Below are positions 14,931 to 16,733 of a DNA stretch of 16,733 nt, in pieces. A model generated the notes under the pieces. The model ran no database searches. It worked only from the letters and a program-made list of their open reading frames with translations, and was not told the DNA's origin. The stretch covers positions 1 to 16,733 of the forward strand of contig CAZMIT010000030.1 in NCBI GenBank assembly GCA_964566495.1. Direction: 5' to 3'. Numbering within the stretch: position 1 is the stretch's first letter; the number at the start of each line of letters is the position of its first letter. The translations under genes were made by a program, and so were the position numbers. Source of the stretch: an uncultured bacterium. GTDB lineage: Bacteria > T1Sed10-126.

Positions 14931-16013
14931 TTACTCGTCGAACAGACTCCTCTCCTCCGGACCGCCGTCAACGCCCTCTTCAACCTCGGCTCCGAGGTGT
15001 TCACGAGCCCGGCGAGTTGCAACTCGCCCCCGGGTAGTTCGCTTGAGATAACCGGATTGAATTAAGAAAGGTTCGTGCAACTCCTCAATTGTGCCTGCCT
15101 CTTCTCCAACCGCCGTAGAAAGAGTCTTTATCCCCACCGGTCCGCCATCAAAGTGATGAATAATTGTGGCAAGGATCTCCCGGTCCATTCTTTTCAACCC
15201 CTGCTGATCGACGGCCAACCGTTCCAGTGCGTGCTGGGCAATGTCATTGTCAATCACACCGTCTCCTTCTACTTCGGCAAAATCCCGAACCCGACGCAAC
15301 AGACGGTTGGCTATCCGGGGCGTTCCCCGAGAACGGCGCGCAATCTCGTTAACTCCGTCTGCTTCGATCTCGATATCTAAAATTTTTGACGAGCGCCTGA
15401 TAATCCGACGCATTTCCTTCTCTTCGTAAAATCTAAGACGGGTATGAACGCCAAAACGGGAGCGGAGAGGCTCAGTCAACAGTCCCGCCCGGGTTGTGGC
15501 ACCAACAAGGGTAAAGTCATTTAGATCAAGACTTACCGCCCGAGCCGAGGGTCCCTCTCCAATCGTAATATCAATCTTTTTATCTTCCATCGCCGGATAA
15601 AGAAACTCTTCAACCACGTGTGGCAGGCGGTGAATTTCATCAATAAAAAGCACACTTCTTGATTCAATATTGGTCAACACGGCAGCCAAATCACCCGGTT
15701 GTTCAAGCGTGGGACCGGCTGTCGATTTTATCGGCACCTCGAGTTCGTTGGCAATAATGTGAGCAAGTGTAGTTTTACCCAGGCCGGGCGGACCATGTAG
15801 AAGCACGTGATCCAGCGCTTCTCCACGTTGTCTCGTCGCCTCTATAAACACCCGCAGGTTGTCTTTTTCCGTCTGTTGGCCGATAAATTCCTCAAGTTCG
15901 CCGGGACGCAGGGTCTCCTCCACCCGGGCCTCCTCCGGACTGGCCACGTCCCGGGTAAGCGGTTCTTCTGGACTGCGTGCTTCGTTTATATTAGCGCTTT
16001 CAAAATCACTCAT
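14931..16013 (-). CDS. ruvB: Holliday junction branch migration helicase RuvB
   Basis: [14 protein letters not shown] (Walker A), [42 protein letters not shown]. Confidence 0.99.
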   Translation of the reverse strand: MSDFESANINEARSPEEPLTRDVASPEEARVEETLRPGELEEFIGQQTEKDNLRVFIEATRQRGEALDHVLLHGPPGLGKTTLAHIIANELEVPIKSTAGPTLEQPGDLAAVLTNIESRSVLFIDEIHRLPHVVEEFLYPAMEDKKIDITIGEGPSARAVSLDLNDFTLVGATTRAGLLTEPLRSRFGVHTRLRFYEEKEMRRIIRRSSKILDIEIEADGVNEIARRSRGTPRIANRLLRRVRDFAEVEGDGVIDNDIAQHALERLAVDQQGLKRMDREILATIIHHFDGGPVGIKTLSTAVGEEAGTIEELHEPFLIQSGYLKRTTRGRVATRRAREHLGAEVEEGVDGGPEERSLFDE

Positions 16014-16141
16014 CCTTTTCCTCCCTAACCTGAATCACTCACAGCCGTATGACTGGCGTGAATAATCCTTACCAGACTATTTTGACATACTACTGTTGAT
16101 AACGATTATCGACTGTCTTCCGGTTTGAATGAAATGAAACT

Positions 16142-16732
16142 TTAAGAAGCCGTCTCCGTCCTCTGGAGAGCTGCGCTTATTAACTCTTCAAGCGTCTCGT
16201 AGTCATCTTCTCCCAGCGCTTCCTTGACCACCCTGGTCGCTTCTTTTTGCGGAAATCCAAGTCCTAATAGAGCTTCCACTGCTTCCTCACTCATCTTTTG
16301 TGTCCCGCTGTCCTCGGCAACAGGCTGCGAGGGCAGCTTCTCGGCCAGCTCAACAATTAAACGCTGCGCCGTCTTTTTACCGACCCCTTTTATAGTTTTC
16401 AACGTGTCCAGATCCTGCTCGTGGATTGCCTGCCGGAAACGATCGGCTCCCAGGTCAGAGAGCACCGACAGCGCCATGCTCGGTCCAACTCCCGATAACT
16501 GCTGCAACTGTCGGAAAAAATCCCGGTTTGCCCGTTTAATAAAACCATACAGCTTCTGCTGGTCCTCGCGCACATAGAGGTGAGTGTATAACTTGATTGA
16601 CTCACCGGCGGCCGGAAAACGGGCCCGTTCTCCGTCGGCAATAAATAACTCATAGCCGACTCCGCCTTTAGTTTCTACTATAGCCCGGTCCTTACCTTTT
16701 TCTATTAACTCGCCACAAACGTATGAATACAT
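16142..16732 (-). CDS. ruvA: Holliday junction branch migration protein RuvA
   Basis: GGVGYE, LYTHLYVRED...LYGF, helix-hairpin-helix motifs SGVGP and KGVGKKTAQR, EAVEALLGLGF; upstream of ruvB. Confidence 0.98.
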   Translation of the reverse strand: MYSYVCGELIEKGKDRAIVETKGGVGYELFIADGERARFPAAGESIKLYTHLYVREDQQKLYGFIKRANRDFFRQLQQLSGVGPSMALSVLSDLGADRFRQAIHEQDLDTLKTIKGVGKKTAQRLIVELAEKLPSQPVAEDSGTQKMSEEAVEALLGLGFPQKEATRVVKEALGEDDYETLEELISAALQRTETAS

Positions 16733-16733
16733 G

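Noticed and set aside
1373..16653. Short plus-strand and alternate-frame ORFs overlapping the main genes
   Set aside because: Shadow ORFs with no recognisable motifs. Similar ones recur in each flagellin only because the genes are paralogous.
14931..16732. Functional link between ruvAB and flagellin recombination
   Set aside because: These are ordinary housekeeping genes; proximity alone is not evidence.

Overview
Bacterial chromosomal window with every gene on the minus strand. In transcription order: ruvA, ruvB, an M23 peptidase, a ComF-family protein, flgN, flgK, flgL, fliW, csrA, flagellin C (4515-5411), flaG, flagellin D (3065-3955), flagellin B (1456-2370), an acidic helical hypothetical protein, and the 5' end of flagellin A (1-172, missed by the ORF track). 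The letters A-D are my own labels. The flagellar proteins are very D/E-rich, which suggests a halophile (inference). The gene content is a familiar FliW-CsrA-flagellin locus, but the non-coding RNA architecture is unusual. Flagellins B and C are each enclosed by their own 26-31 bp inverted repeat, one arm in the 5' UTR and one in the 3' UTR. All six substitutions in the two duplex cores are G-U wobbles on the mRNA strand. Leaders A, B and C carry a boxA-like motif at a fixed spacing just before the (predicted) 5' arm. All four leaders also carry covarying GGA-loop CsrA hairpins. This resembles an rRNA-operon leader (boxA plus a long-range processing stem) placed around a protein-coding mRNA. 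All of this was read by eye; no searches or folding programs were run.
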